A program made the translations under genes and the position numbers. 64,000 bases of DNA, taken from positions 1,144 through 65,143 of the forward strand of contig CAZQMO010000005.1 of assembly GCA_964594755.1 (NCBI GenBank). Reading direction: 5' to 3'. The notes beneath the pieces are model-generated. The model was not told where the DNA came from. It saw only the letters and a program-made list of their open reading frames with translations, and did no database searches. The DNA is from an uncultured Candidatus Saccharibacteria bacterium. Lineage in GTDB: Bacteria; Patescibacteriota; Doudnabacteria; UBA920. Below are positions 1 to 9,907 of this stretch, piece by piece. How positions within the stretch are numbered: position 1 is the stretch's first letter; each line of letters opens with the position of its first letter.

Positions 1-364
1 CCTCTGGAGCTAATGATGCGATTTTGGTGAATCCAGCGTCGCGAACTTCACGTGGGATTGGACCAAAGATACGAGTACCTTTTGGCTCACCTTTTTCCTT
101 GTCTACCAATACACCAGCGTTTTCATCGAAACGGATATAAGAACCGTCTTTGCGACGAATTTCCTTACGGGTTCGTACAATTACAGCGTAAATCTTATCA
201 CCTTTTTTAACTGAACCATTTGGTGCAGCTTGGCGAACAGACCCCGCGACAACATCTCCAACGCGAGCAAAGCGACGGTTGTTTTTTCCGTTCACGCTAA
301 ACACGTTGACGACCTTGGCGCCGGTATTATCTGCAATTTTAATGTAAGAACGAATTTGTAACAT
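1..364 (-). CDS. rplN: 50S ribosomal protein L14, C-terminus runs off the window edge
   Basis: Reverse translation from the ATG at 364 gives [21 protein letters not shown]...GDKIYAVIV. Position is upstream of S17 in the canonical order. Confidence 0.9.
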   Translation of the reverse strand, partial: MLQIRSYIKIADNTGAKVVNVFSVNGKNNRRFARVGDVVAGSVRQAAPNGSVKKGDKIYAVIVRTRKEIRRKDGSYIRFDENAGVLVDKEKGEPKGTRIFGPIPREVRDAGFTKIASLAPE

Positions 365-386
365 AAGTGTAAATTAGTAGAAAAGG

Positions 387-629
387 TTAAACTTTCTTAA
401 TAACAGCGAAACGCTTGTCGCGGCTCATCGGACGAATGGATTCAATTACCACTTTGTCGCCGATTTCACAGCTGTTGTCAGCGTCGTGCGCTTTGTAACG
501 GTAAGATTTGGTATAGCTCTTGTGATACTTTGGATGACGCTTTACCATATCTACTTTTACGACAACTGTTTTTTCCATTTTGTTAGAAATCACAGTTCCA
601 GTCATTTGTTGTTTAGTTGCTGTAGTCAT
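387..629 (-). CDS. rpsQ: 30S ribosomal protein S17
   Basis: 80-aa ORF MTTATKQQMTGTVISNKMEKTVVVKV, typical S17; operon position. Confidence 0.93.
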   Translation of the reverse strand: MTTATKQQMTGTVISNKMEKTVVVKVDMVKRHPKYHKSYTKSYRYKAHDADNSCEIGDKVVIESIRPMSRDKRFAVIKKV

Positions 630-633
630 ATAT

Positions 634-816
634 TTAGTTAGCTCTTAAGAAAGTTAAGATTCGAGCAATATCCTTACGCACCACTGAAAGTTCGTGGGCA
701 TTCTTAACCTGGCCCAGTTTCACTTTCATTCTGAGGTTCTCGCGCTTTTCTTGCAGTTGAATCAATTCCTTGTGAATATCTTCAACTTTCTTTTTGGATA
801 ATTCTGAATACTTCAT
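634..816 (-). CDS. rpmC: 50S ribosomal protein L29
   Basis: 60-aa ORF with a coiled-coil L29-like sequence; lies between L16 and S17. Confidence 0.9.
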   Translation of the reverse strand: MKYSELSKKKVEDIHKELIQLQEKRENLRMKVKLGQVKNAHELSVVRKDIARILTFLRAN

Positions 817-1011
817 AATTGCTATGAGAAACTTTCTCGTTTAGCCAAGTGCGAGGCATTTTCCGAGGAACTCTGGATTCGTAGTAGAGCTACGATGACA
901 GGGTTCCGAGGAAAATAACGAAGCAATTGGTTAAACCCCAAAGGGGCGATATTTGGCTGAAAGTCGGAATTTACTTCTGACTGAAGCCAAATGAGCGAGG
1001 ATGTTTCATAA

Positions 1012-1416
1012 TTACTTAATTAGGAACTTGGTCTTTACTGGTAACTTATGAGCTGCAAGGCGCATTGCTTCACGAGCTGCTTCTTCACTAACGCCATCCA
1101 TTTCAAACATGATTCGGCCTTTCTTTACCACCGCTACAAAGTGAGACACCGCACCCTTACCGCTACCCATCACAGATTCATTACCATGATCAGTAATTGG
1201 TTTGTCTGGGAAAATACGGATCCAGATTTTACCACCACGTTGCACGCTGCGAGTCATAGCGCGACGTGCAGCTTCAATCTGACGAGCAGTAACAAAGCGG
1301 CCTTCCATTGCTTTCAAGGCAAATGAGCCAAAAGCGATTGAGTTGCCGGAAGTAGCTTTACCCTTGTTATGACCGCGATGATGCTTGCGGTGTTTGACCT
1401 TTTTAGGAATTAACAT
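1012..1416 (-). CDS. rplP: 50S ribosomal protein L16
   Basis: 134-aa [18 protein letters not shown]...; canonical L16 N-terminus. Confidence 0.95.
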   Translation of the reverse strand: MLIPKKVKHRKHHRGHNKGKATSGNSIAFGSFALKAMEGRFVTARQIEAARRAMTRSVQRGGKIWIRIFPDKPITDHGNESVMGSGKGAVSHFVAVVKKGRIMFEMDGVSEEAAREAMRLAAHKLPVKTKFLIK

Positions 1417-1425
1417 AATCGAATA

Positions 1426-2094
1426 TTATTTGCTTGATTTAGCTTCTTGCTTATTCTCGAAGACATCGCCGCGATAGATCCACACTTTAATTCCGATAGT
1501 TCCGTAAGTGGTGTGAGCTGTGGCGCGAGCAAAGTCGATATCAGCACGCATGGTGTGAAGAGGAATCTTACCAGAAGACAATTGTTCTGTTCGAGCAATT
1601 TCTGCACCGTTGAGTCGGCCACCAATGGCAACCTTTACACCCTTAGCACCAGCTTGCATAACATCTTCTAAAGATTTCTTCATCAAACGGCGGAAAGCTA
1701 CACGACGTTCAATCTGTTCAGCAATATTGTTAGCAATCACTTGCGCGTGAAGATTGAATTCGCGGTCCTTGATACCTTCGATGTTCACCTTCAATTCGCT
1801 CTTGATCTTAAGTTGCTTTTTAACACGCTTCTTAAGCTCTTCGATACCAGCACCGCCGTTACCAATAATCAAGCCAGGCTTGGTGGTATGAATAACGATG
1901 GTAATAGTACCGTCATTCAGACGTTCGATATCGATACGAGACAACCCTGCTTTGCGCAAGTGCTTTTCTAAATATTCACGGATGCGAATATCTTCATGCA
2001 ATTGCTCAACATAGTTGCTCTTTGAAAACCACTTGGACTTCCAAGTATCGGTAATCTTTAAACGAAATGAAGTTGGATTAATCTTGTGACCCAT
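1426..2094 (-). CDS. rpsC: 30S ribosomal protein S3
   Basis: 222 aa; MGHKINPTSFRL...; KH-domain GNGGAGIEELKK. Confidence 0.95.
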   Translation of the reverse strand: MGHKINPTSFRLKITDTWKSKWFSKSNYVEQLHEDIRIREYLEKHLRKAGLSRIDIERLNDGTITIVIHTTKPGLIIGNGGAGIEELKKRVKKQLKIKSELKVNIEGIKDREFNLHAQVIANNIAEQIERRVAFRRLMKKSLEDVMQAGAKGVKVAIGGRLNGAEIARTEQLSSGKIPLHTMRADIDFARATAHTTYGTIGIKVWIYRGDVFENKQEAKSSK

Positions 2095-2170
2095 TGGGTA
2101 TAAATAATTCTTGGTTATCGGGCCGTGTCAGGCTGTAACTTTTACAAACTGACAACGCCCGATAACTTTA

Positions 2171-2740
2171 CTACTTAATTAAATTATCTTTGTTAGACTT
2201 CTGCTCTACTGCGGTTGCTTCATTCTCGTGATGAGCTTCCTTAGCTTCCGGCTTAACAGCTACCTTACTAGCTTTTTCGCGAACTGGTTTACCGAGTTGA
2301 CCTTCTTGAGTCTTTACGACAGGTTCTTTCTTAGCAGCTTTTGGAACTTTACTAGCACCTTTCTTGAGCTTAGCTTCACGTTCTTCGAGGATAACGTTGA
2401 CGTGAGCCATCTTGCGACGAATCACGAAGGCGCTTCCACGAGCACGTGGGAAAGAACGCATTAACACCGGTCCCATATCTGTAGTGATTTCTTTGATAAA
2501 CAACTGGTCGCGATTTAAAGAGAAGTTATTCTCAGCATTAGCAGTTGCGCTACGAAGAAGTTTGGAGACCATATCTGCACCCTTCTTGTTAGTGAACTGG
2601 AGTTGCACCAAAGCATCAGCAACGCGCATGTTCTTTACCAAATTGGTAACCAGACGAATCTTGCGAGGAGAAATGCGGAGATTGCGTGCGTGAGCTTTCA
2701 CCAAAGGTTTCTTATTCTGTTGTAAGGCTTCTTTTGCCAT
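2171..2740 (-). CDS. rplV: 50S ribosomal protein L22 with a long Lys/Ala-rich C-terminal extension
   Basis: 189 aa. The N-terminal ~115 aa are L22-like (AHARNLRISPRKIRLV...). The C-terminus is ~70 aa of K/A/E-rich low-complexity sequence. Confidence 0.9.
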   Translation of the reverse strand: MAKEALQQNKKPLVKAHARNLRISPRKIRLVTNLVKNMRVADALVQLQFTNKKGADMVSKLLRSATANAENNFSLNRDQLFIKEITTDMGPVLMRSFPRARGSAFVIRRKMAHVNVILEEREAKLKKGASKVPKAAKKEPVVKTQEGQLGKPVREKASKVAVKPEAKEAHHENEATAVEQKSNKDNLIK

Positions 2741-2764
2741 AAATATAAATTAAGAGACTATTGA

Positions 2765-3049
2765 TTACTTACTAGCTTCAGCTTTTTGTTCCTTAGCTAA
2801 CTTACCACCGTGACCAACGAACTTGCGGGTTGGCGCAAATTCACCGAGCTTGTGACCAACCATGTTTTCGGTAACGAATACTTCGGTGTGTTGGCGGCCG
2901 TTGTGAACGAGAAAAGTAAAGCCAACCATTTCCGGAGCAATGGCACAAGCGCGAGACCAAGTCTTAATTTTGTCGCCAGGCTTGCCGGCAGCAACTTTCT
3001 TGAGGACACGCGGATCAATATATGGACCTTTTTTTAAACTTCTAGACAT
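2765..3049 (-). CDS. rpsS: 30S ribosomal protein S19
   Basis: 94 aa [19 protein letters not shown]...; canonical S19. Confidence 0.95.
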   Translation of the reverse strand: MSRSLKKGPYIDPRVLKKVAAGKPGDKIKTWSRACAIAPEMVGFTFLVHNGRQHTEVFVTENMVGHKLGEFAPTRKFVGHGGKLAKEQKAEASK

Positions 3050-3068
3050 AAATAATAGATATTAGCGT

Positions 3069-3911
3069 TTAGCGTTTTTTGGTTCTACGCTTAACAATAA
3101 ATTTAGAGCTTGGCTTCTTCTTATCGCGGGTCTTTACGCCAAGCGCGTGCTTACCCCATGGAGTCTTTGGATACTTCATACCGATAGAGTTGGAACCTTC
3201 ACCACCACCATGAGGGTGATCTACAGGGTTCATCACTTTACCGCGGACTTGTGGACGCCAGCCCATGTGGCGCTTGCGACCAGCTTTTCCGATGCGGACG
3301 TTCATCCAATCAGCGTTTGAAAGAGTACCAATGCTACCAGTAGCAGTATCACGAACTTTGCGGATTTCACCAGATGGCAGTTTGAGGAATGCATAGCCAC
3401 CTTCCATGTTCTGTAAGATGATTCCGCTACCTGCGCTACGAGCTAACTTTCCACCTTGACCAGGAACCAATTCCACATCGTGAATCATGCTTCCGACTGG
3501 AATGTTTGCAAGTGGCAACCGGTTACCAGGATGGATTTCAGCAGTTTCACTGAACATTACAGTATCACCAACTTTAAGGCCAGTAGGAGTTAGAATGAAA
3601 CGCTTCGCGCCGTCCTTGTAAGCAATCAAAGAAATGAAAGCAGTGCGGGTTGGATCGTATTCAATAGTCTTCACTGTGCCTGGGATGTCTTTGCGGTCAA
3701 CGCGAGAGAAATCCACTACGCGAAGCTTTTTACCAGCGCCGCCGCCGCGATGACGAACAGTGATTTTACCACTGTTGTTGCGACCAGCTTGCTTGGTTTT
3801 GCTCACGAGTAAAGACTTCGGGGTCTTCTCTTTCTTGGAAAGCACCGAGTAGTCAGTGACGCTTTGGATACGGCGTCCAGGTGAAGTTGGTTTGTAAAGC
3901 TTAACTGCCAT
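3069..3911 (-). CDS. rplB: 50S ribosomal protein L2
   Basis: 280 aa with the conserved HPHGGGEG motif. Confidence 0.96.
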   Translation of the reverse strand: MAVKLYKPTSPGRRIQSVTDYSVLSKKEKTPKSLLVSKTKQAGRNNSGKITVRHRGGGAGKKLRVVDFSRVDRKDIPGTVKTIEYDPTRTAFISLIAYKDGAKRFILTPTGLKVGDTVMFSETAEIHPGNRLPLANIPVGSMIHDVELVPGQGGKLARSAGSGIILQNMEGGYAFLKLPSGEIRKVRDTATGSIGTLSNADWMNVRIGKAGRKRHMGWRPQVRGKVMNPVDHPHGGGEGSNSIGMKYPKTPWGKHALGVKTRDKKKPSSKFIVKRRTKKR

Positions 3912-3915
3912 AAAA

Positions 3916-4320
3916 TTAGGTAGGTTCTACGATATTAATCTTCTTGCTGTCTTTGGTCAAAGTTACAATCGCTTTCTTAAAACCGCTGCGTTGGCCAAGA
4001 ACGCGGCCAAAACGACGGGACTTGCCAGCAACGTTTACCATGTTGACGTTGGCCACTTTTACGCCATACATCTTTTCTACTGCGCGGCGGACTTCAATCT
4101 TATTGAGTTTGCCGTAAACAGTAAAGATGTATTGGTTAAAGCGATCAACGAAACCTGCTTTTTCGGACACACGAGGAACAATCAAGCCTTTGTTGCCAAT
4201 ACCGCTGTGAGGAACGTCTAACATAACAGGAGCTGCAGCTTCGGTTGGTTGATCAGTAACAGGAGTTTCTTCTACGGTTACTTTCTCGTCAGTATTTTCT
4301 TTTTTAGAAAAAAGAGCCAT
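3916..4320 (-). CDS. rplW: 50S ribosomal protein L23; start uncertain, possibly the internal Met near 4224
   Basis: The core [10 protein letters not shown]...[10 protein letters not shown] is L23-like. The ORF carries a ~32-aa acidic N-terminal extension that may not be translated. Confidence 0.85.
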   Translation of the reverse strand: MALFSKKENTDEKVTVEETPVTDQPTEAAAPVMLDVPHSGIGNKGLIVPRVSEKAGFVDRFNQYIFTVYGKLNKIEVRRAVEKMYGVKVANVNMVNVAGKSRRFGRVLGQRSGFKKAIVTLTKDSKKINIVEPT

Positions 4321-4493
4321 GTCGTCGTCCTTGTCTTCCGGGCTATCGGTATCAGCTAATGCTAATTCCTATCGCCCTCCGCCAAGTACTCCTCTTAAAT
4401 TTTCGCTTAACTGGCGCCTTCGCTACGACCCTCCTCGTTACACTGCGTCGGGTCGGCTCAGGTTTAGCCCAAGCGAAAATTTATATTTAATGA

Positions 4494-5153
4494 TTACTTA
4501 GTTGCTTTAGATTCTTTAAGATAAGTCTTTTCTATAACTGGCAAACTTTCTTTTATTACGAGCATTGCGTCTGCCTTAAGGATGTCGGTTACATTAAGGC
4601 TAGTAGCCAAAGTGGTTGTGACTTCTGGAAGATTGCGTGAAGCGCGAGCTACACTGTCATCTTTCTTTGGCATCACTACCATCTGCTTCTTGCCGAGACT
4701 GCCGAGCTTAGTGTGGAAAGCGGTCATGAACTTTACGAATTCCTTAGTCTTAGGAGCTTCCAAGTTTACGCCTTCTACGATGATCAACTTGCCGTCTTTA
4801 GCTTTGTCAGATAGGGACATGAATAAAGCTTTAGTCTTGGCTTTCTTGTTGATCTTTAAACTCCAGTTGCGTTCTGAGCGAGGGCCGAAAGTAACACCAC
4901 CGTGACGCCAGATTGGGCTACGAGTGCTACCTGCGCGTGCGCGACCGGTACCCTTTTGACGCCATGGCTTCTTACCACCACCACTCACTTCGCCGCGAGT
5001 CTTAGTGTGCGCAAGGCCCTTACGGGCATTGGAAGCCTGAACGCGAACCGCTTCTGCAAGCAAGTGCAAGGATGGCTTGACGCCAAAAATCTTGTCACTG
5101 ACTTCGATTTCGCCAACGCTTTCGGCGTTCTGATTGTAAACTGCAATTTTCAT
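4494..5153 (-). CDS. rplD: 50S ribosomal protein L4
   Basis: 219 aa, L4-like (GGGKKPWRQKGTGRAR). Confidence 0.93.
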   Translation of the reverse strand: MKIAVYNQNAESVGEIEVSDKIFGVKPSLHLLAEAVRVQASNARKGLAHTKTRGEVSGGGKKPWRQKGTGRARAGSTRSPIWRHGGVTFGPRSERNWSLKINKKAKTKALFMSLSDKAKDGKLIIVEGVNLEAPKTKEFVKFMTAFHTKLGSLGKKQMVVMPKKDDSVARASRNLPEVTTTLATSLNVTDILKADAMLVIKESLPVIEKTYLKESKATK

Positions 5154-5175
5154 CTGTTCTTAAATAAAATTGAAA

Positions 5176-5844
5176 CTATTTCTTCTTCTTGGTCTCAGCT
5201 ACTTCTTGGAACAACGGTTTAGTAACTCCGGTTGTGGAAATCTTTACCATTCCGTTGGGATGTCCAGGAACTGCGCCTTTGATGAGGATTAAGCCTTTAG
5301 CTGCGTCTACATCAACGATTTGCAGATTCTTTACGGTAACCTGAGAAGCGCCCATATGGCCAGCCATGCGGCGGCCTTTGTTAACGTGTTGTGGATAACG
5401 AGAACCAATAGAACCAACACTGCGAGGCTTGTCGTGACCATGACTTCCAGGAAAACCTGCAAAGTTATGTCGCTTCATTACGCCAGCGAAACCGCGGCCT
5501 TTCATTGTTCCAATAACATTCACTAGCTCGCCGACTTCGAATTGGGAAGCATCAATAGTTTGGCCGATTTGGAATTCGCTTGGGTTTTCTACGCGGAATT
5601 CAACAAACTTACCAAAGGTGCCAAGGTTCTTGGAGTGACCAGCCTTAGCTTTGTTTGCATGGCGGCTTCCAGCTACGCTTGCGGAAACACCAACCTGCAC
5701 GGCATTGTAGCCATCTTTTGCGTCTGCAGTCTTAACTTGAGTAACAACCAAGTTAGGAGTTTTGACAACAGTGACCGGAATTACTTCGCCGTTATCAGCA
5801 AAGTATTGGGTCATATTCAGTTTCTTACCGACAATAAATTTCAT
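5176..5844 (-). CDS. rplC: 50S ribosomal protein L3
   Basis: 222 aa, L3-like (KGRGFAGVMKRHNF...). Confidence 0.93.
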   Translation of the reverse strand: MKFIVGKKLNMTQYFADNGEVIPVTVVKTPNLVVTQVKTADAKDGYNAVQVGVSASVAGSRHANKAKAGHSKNLGTFGKFVEFRVENPSEFQIGQTIDASQFEVGELVNVIGTMKGRGFAGVMKRHNFAGFPGSHGHDKPRSVGSIGSRYPQHVNKGRRMAGHMGASQVTVKNLQIVDVDAAKGLILIKGAVPGHPNGMVKISTTGVTKPLFQEVAETKKKK

Positions 5845-6024
5845 ACGGTTTTGATTGGTCCCGAGCGGGACATCACTTTCTTAAAAATAAAAAATGTGGC
5901 TACTCACCACATAAAAACAAATGACTGTACCCGAAGGCAATCCCTTGCTTATACTTGGCGAATAGTTATCTGAATCACGAAGCTTTTTGGGCTTTAGTGG
6001 TTCAGAACCGACTCACTCTATTAT

Positions 6025-6348
6025 TTAACTCATTTTGATTTCTACATCCACCCCAGCTGGAAGGCTTAGGTTGGTAAGAGAATCAATGGTTTTTGGCGTT
6101 GGCTCGAGAATGTCGATCATGCGCTTGTGAGTGCGCATTTCGAACTGTTCGCGGCTATCCTTATGCACGAAAGTTGAACGCAATACTGTGTATTTGCGCT
6201 TCGCGGTCGGCAAAGGCACAGGGCCCGAAATGGTTGCCCCAGTACGCTTCGCTGTTTCAACAATCTGCTTAGCACTTTGGTCAATCAACTTGTGATCGTA
6301 AGCGCGGATCTTGATGCGAATTTTCGGCTTGTGGTCGCCTTTTTCCAT
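6025..6348 (-). CDS. rpsJ: 30S ribosomal protein S10; the 6402 end in the ORF track is a TTG-initiated extension
   Basis: [23 protein letters not shown] matches the S10 N-terminus; the ATG is at 6348. Confidence 0.9.
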   Translation of the reverse strand: MEKGDHKPKIRIKIRAYDHKLIDQSAKQIVETAKRTGATISGPVPLPTAKRKYTVLRSTFVHKDSREQFEMRTHKRMIDILEPTPKTIDSLTNLSLPAGVDVEIKMS

Positions 6349-6441
6349 AAAATGAATTGACAATATGCCGTTTTCTGGCTTATTTAAGCTGTTATACAGC
6401 AATTAAAAGCGCTTGGCTATTTAGCCAGCAAACTATGAGCA

Positions 6442-6470
6442 ATTTTATCTGATTTTTATAGCAATGTCAA
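6442..6470 (-). promoter_or_regulatory. sigma70-type promoter of the S10 operon (TTGACA-17-TAAAAT on the minus strand)
   Basis: Reverse complement of 6465-6470 is TTGACA; a 17-nt spacer follows; reverse complement of 6442-6447 is TAAAAT. An ~85-nt leader separates it from the rpsJ ATG. Confidence 0.6.
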
Positions 6471-6506
6471 ATGTTTTTAAGGATAAATTTAGCTTTTTTG
6501 CCAATA

Positions 6507-6535
6507 TTGACAAAAACATAAGAATATGCTATAGT
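6507..6535 (+). promoter_or_regulatory. near-consensus sigma70 promoter, TTGACA-17-TATAGT
   Basis: ttgaca at 6507-6512 and tatagt at 6530-6535. GGAGG lies at 6571-6575 and the ATG at 6583. Confidence 0.65.
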
Positions 6536-6582
6536 TTGATTGTTCTAAATACCACGGAAAATCAAAATTTGGAGGAAAATTG

Positions 6583-7152
6583 ATGGGTAAATACGAAAAG
6601 CGTGTTGTTGCTATCGTTAGCATTTTGGTAGGCTTGGCTTCGTTTGGAATCGGTACCTATTTCAGTAATCTCTTTGAGTCGGAAACCGCTCTGCCCTGCC
6701 CTGAACAGGTAAAGAGCGTTGTCCCGATCAAACAGAATCAGGTCAACTACGACCGGCCGGCTCACAAAAGCCGACCCGAGATCATCGCCCAATTCGTCGG
6801 TACATGGAATCGAACCAGAGATGAGTACAACTACTTATCAAAGTTCGAAGCCAAAACGCCCGACTCGTTCGGCGGCGAAATCCAAGCCCTATACCGGGTT
6901 GGAGAAAAATTCTCCGAACTCAGGAATGTAATGGAAGTCAATCAGTTAACCTCGACCGAGGTTGGCGTTAGTCACCAGCAACTTCGCAGGCACGAAGCTC
7001 TGATCTACCGCAGAACATTGGATGCAGTTTACAAACTGCAAAAGATGGGCGGCACCAATCGGTGCCTATTCGAGGGAGGATGCTTCGACACTCCTGAACA
7101 TATCCGGCGAATCGATTCGCATATCACCGGACTCGTTCTGGAATTAGAATAA
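6583..7152 (+). CDS. hypothetical membrane-anchored protein (N-terminal TM helix), GC-richer than its surroundings
   Basis: 190-aa ORF with a strong RBS. The hydrophobic segment is VVAIVSILVGLASFGIGTYF. No motif was recognised. Confidence 0.6.
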   Translation: MGKYEKRVVAIVSILVGLASFGIGTYFSNLFESETALPCPEQVKSVVPIKQNQVNYDRPAHKSRPEIIAQFVGTWNRTRDEYNYLSKFEAKTPDSFGGEIQALYRVGEKFSELRNVMEVNQLTSTEVGVSHQQLRRHEALIYRRTLDAVYKLQKMGGTNRCLFEGGCFDTPEHIRRIDSHITGLVLELE

Positions 7153-7177
7153 TCAAGTCGGTTACAAAATAAGTATT

Positions 7178-7206
7178 AGAGAGTCTAACCAACTCTCTTT
7201 TTTTAT
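7178..7206 (+). terminator. intrinsic terminator (agagagt-ctaacca-actctct followed by a T-run)
   Basis: Perfect 7-bp stem followed by TTTTTTTT, directly after the stop of the 6583 gene. Confidence 0.7.
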
Positions 7207-7257
7207 TTCTAAATTAGGCAAACTAAAAGAGCTGCGAATTTTACAGCTCTTTAAGAT

Positions 7258-8112
7258 TTATTCATCAAATTTTCTATTACCAAACATCAATAACTTTTTA
7301 CCTAGACCTGTTAAATTAAGCTTAGCTTTATCCAACTCAATTCGCTGTTGTTGTGAATCAATCTGTGACTGATAACGACGGACATGCTCATGGTTTTCTA
7401 AATCCTGATAAATATAACCTAGAGCGAAACTTTCATTTGCTGGTTTTTCCAAAAGACCCAATGATATCAAATTATCTAAATAAATACTGATATTATTGGG
7501 AAATTTTAGGTTAACTTTTTCAAATAGAATACAAAAATTTCTTTCTAGTAGTAAATACCCTTCTTGATTATTCCTGTATAACTTTATTTCAAGGACAGGT
7601 AAAGAACCTTTCAGATTCACTGAGGATAAATCAGCACTAAAGCCAAATTTAGATCTTATATCTGGGTCTAGGCCATCAAGATTCACCGAATTTTGTGATG
7701 AACCGATATGCTCAAGTATCAATATTTCATCAGAGCTTAATCTATTTAATATTTCTATAAATGTTGGAAGTACTCTACTCGCAGTATCTTTATCAGAAGC
7801 AGTCGCTAAAATCTTTGCATAATAATCAGAAACCACCGATTCATCTGTATATCGAAGTTTTTCTAAAATTGGAACAAGAATACGAGTATCAGGTTCTACT
7901 AAGTTCTGAACAGGAACATTCTCAAGATAATTTATATATTTCAGAATATTCATCTCTAATATTTCTGCCATTCTACCCACGGGTGTAGCAAAAAGTGAAA
8001 CACACTGTGCTAAAGATTTTCCTAAAACTCTAATTGACGGCTGAGCAGCATCTGTATAAACTTCTGCTGCATTAGCCTTTACTATTTCTTTTATCAACTC
8101 ATTTTCATCCAT
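7258..8112 (-). CDS. hypothetical protein, possibly of the Abi-alpha / DUF4393-like (abortive-infection) family
   Basis: AT-rich 284-aa ORF. The N-terminal segment AEVYTDAAQPSIRVLGKSLAQCVSLFATPVG resembles my recollection of the Abi_alpha N-terminal motif. This was not verified by any search. Confidence 0.35.
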   Translation of the reverse strand: MDENELIKEIVKANAAEVYTDAAQPSIRVLGKSLAQCVSLFATPVGRMAEILEMNILKYINYLENVPVQNLVEPDTRILVPILEKLRYTDESVVSDYYAKILATASDKDTASRVLPTFIEILNRLSSDEILILEHIGSSQNSVNLDGLDPDIRSKFGFSADLSSVNLKGSLPVLEIKLYRNNQEGYLLLERNFCILFEKVNLKFPNNISIYLDNLISLGLLEKPANESFALGYIYQDLENHEHVRRYQSQIDSQQQRIELDKAKLNLTGLGKKLLMFGNRKFDE

Positions 8113-8136
8113 AGCTTTACACAATTAAATCATCTA

Positions 8137-8165
8137 CAAAAAGCTGCCCTTGCGGGCAGCTTTTC
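8137..8165. terminator. bidirectional intrinsic terminator downstream of tuf
   Basis: agctgccc-ttgc-gggcagct is a perfect 8-bp stem. An A-run precedes it and a T-run follows it. Confidence 0.7.
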
Positions 8166-8170
8166 AAATT

Positions 8171-9352
8171 CTACTTATTGATCTTTACAACTACACCTGC
8201 ACCAACGGTGCGTCCGCCTTCGCGGATAGCGAACTTACCTTTTTCTTCCAAAGCGATCGGAGTGATCAACTTTACGTCGATGGTAACAGTATCACCAGGC
8301 ATAACCATTTCTTGGCCTTCAGGCAAGATTACTTCACCAGTCACGTCGGTTGTACGAACGTAGAACTGTGGTTTGTAACCCTTGAAGAATGGAGTGTGAC
8401 GTCCACCTTCTTCTTTGGTCAAGATGTAAACTTCAGCAGAGAACTCAGTGTGAGGAGTGATAGAACCAGGCTTAGCCAAAACTTGGCCGCGCTCTACTTC
8501 TTCTTTCTTAACACCACGGAGCAATAGACCAGCGTTGTCACCAGCCATACCCTTGTCCAACTGCTTGTTGAACATTTCGATACCAGTTACAACTGTCTTT
8601 GAAGTTGGTTTGATACCAACGATTTCAACTTCTTCGTTGATGTTGATGATACCACGTTCGATACGTCCGGTAACAACAGTACCGCGACCTTCGATAGTGA
8701 AGATATCTTCAATTGGCATCAAGAAAGGCTTATCGGTTTCGCGAGTTGGTTCAGGGATGAAAGTATCCAAAGCTTCAACGAGCTTAAGGATGGTTTCTTC
8801 GTTAGCCGCATCGCCTTCGAGAGCCTTTAATGCAGAACCACGGATGATTGGGGTATCGCTACCCGGAAATTCGTACTTGTTAAGAAGATCACGAATTTCT
8901 TCTTCTACTAGATCCAAAAGTTCTGGATCGGAAACTTGGTCTACCTTGTTCATGTAAACAACGATAGAAGGTACACCTACCTGACGAGCGAGCAAGATGT
9001 GTTCGCGAGTCTGAGGCATAGGACCGTCTGCAGCGGATACAACGAGAATCGCACCGTCCATTTGAGCAGCACCGGTAATCATGTTCTTGATGTAGTCGGC
9101 GTGACCAGGACAGTCTACGTGAGCGTAGTGGCGCTTGTCGGATTCGTATTCGCTGTGTGAGGTATTAATAGTAATACCACGAGCTTTTTCTTCTGGCGCG
9201 TTGTCGATTTGGTCGTAAGCCTTAGCTTTAGCCTTACCGGACTTCGCAAGCACAGTAGTGATAGCAGCGGTCAAAGTAGTCTTACCGTGGTCAACGTGAC
9301 CAATGGTACCCACATTCAAATGGGGCTTTGAGCGATCAAATGCTTCTGCCAT
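8171..9352 (-). CDS. tuf: elongation factor Tu
   Basis: [32 protein letters not shown]...; GTPase motifs are present. The ORF-track start at 9403 is an upstream in-frame extension. Confidence 0.96.
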   Translation of the reverse strand: MAEAFDRSKPHLNVGTIGHVDHGKTTLTAAITTVLAKSGKAKAKAYDQIDNAPEEKARGITINTSHSEYESDKRHYAHVDCPGHADYIKNMITGAAQMDGAILVVSAADGPMPQTREHILLARQVGVPSIVVYMNKVDQVSDPELLDLVEEEIRDLLNKYEFPGSDTPIIRGSALKALEGDAANEETILKLVEALDTFIPEPTRETDKPFLMPIEDIFTIEGRGTVVTGRIERGIININEEVEIVGIKPTSKTVVTGIEMFNKQLDKGMAGDNAGLLLRGVKKEEVERGQVLAKPGSITPHTEFSAEVYILTKEEGGRHTPFFKGYKPQFYVRTTDVTGEVILPEGQEMVMPGDTVTIDVKLITPIALEEKGKFAIREGGRTVGAGVVVKINK

Positions 9353-9631
9353 TTGTTGCCTTTCAACTAGATAATTGTTGGTTGGGTTTCGAGATACCCT
9401 CACTCCTTCCCCTATCGATACGAGGAAAAAGAGAGGGTTTCTCTTTTTTTCACAAAGGAATCCAGAAACTCCAGACGGGAATTATATAGTTGTGTTAATG
9501 ATTATAAAATTGGCGGCTAAACTAGCGCCAATCAGTAAGTATTTTAATGGTTTATCACAGGAACGTCAAGTTGCCTGACTAAAGTAAATGTGGCACAATG
9601 AAGCCATCATAGCAGAGGAGGTTATCATTCC

Positions 9632-9892
9632 ATGTCATACCGGCTTCTTAAAGTGCATTGGGTAAAATACCGCGGCGCAAAGAAAATCCGAGACCTCTAT
9701 TCCTACCACCGGTCGGAAAAAGAGATTGCGGCATTCCGCATTCGCCTAGACAGACGGAATAAAAAACGGTTCAGCTTGTTCCATTACTCAATCGGCTGCA
9801 AAGGTTTTGTGAAGGTTTCTGGAAACCTTGCGCACAAAGTTTTGCACTCTGAGTTTGGCATCTGGCATCGTGAAGAAAAACAGCCTGCGTAA
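9632..9892 (+). CDS. hypothetical small basic protein (86 aa)
   Basis: Strong SD (ggaggt) 8 nt upstream. The stop lies in the loop of a terminator hairpin. No recognisable domain. Confidence 0.5.
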   Translation: MSYRLLKVHWVKYRGAKKIRDLYSYHRSEKEIAAFRIRLDRRNKKRFSLFHYSIGCKGFVKVSGNLAHKVLHSEFGIWHREEKQPA

Positions 9893-9907
9893 CGCGGGCT
9901 GCTTTTT
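9881..9907. terminator. bidirectional intrinsic terminator shared by convergent genes
   Basis: cagcctgcg-taa-cgcgggctg has a 9-bp stem with one G-U pair, followed by TTTTT. The stop codons of both flanking genes lie inside it. Confidence 0.7.

Noticed and set aside
1048-1326. Many antisense or overlapping ORFs in the track (for example 1048-1326+, 4582-4905+, 8457-8957+, 13578-13994+, 15131-15577+, 22276-22845+, 48572-49123+)
   Set aside because: They lie opposite well-supported conserved genes, have no RBS and have odd composition. They are treated as frame-shadow ORFs.
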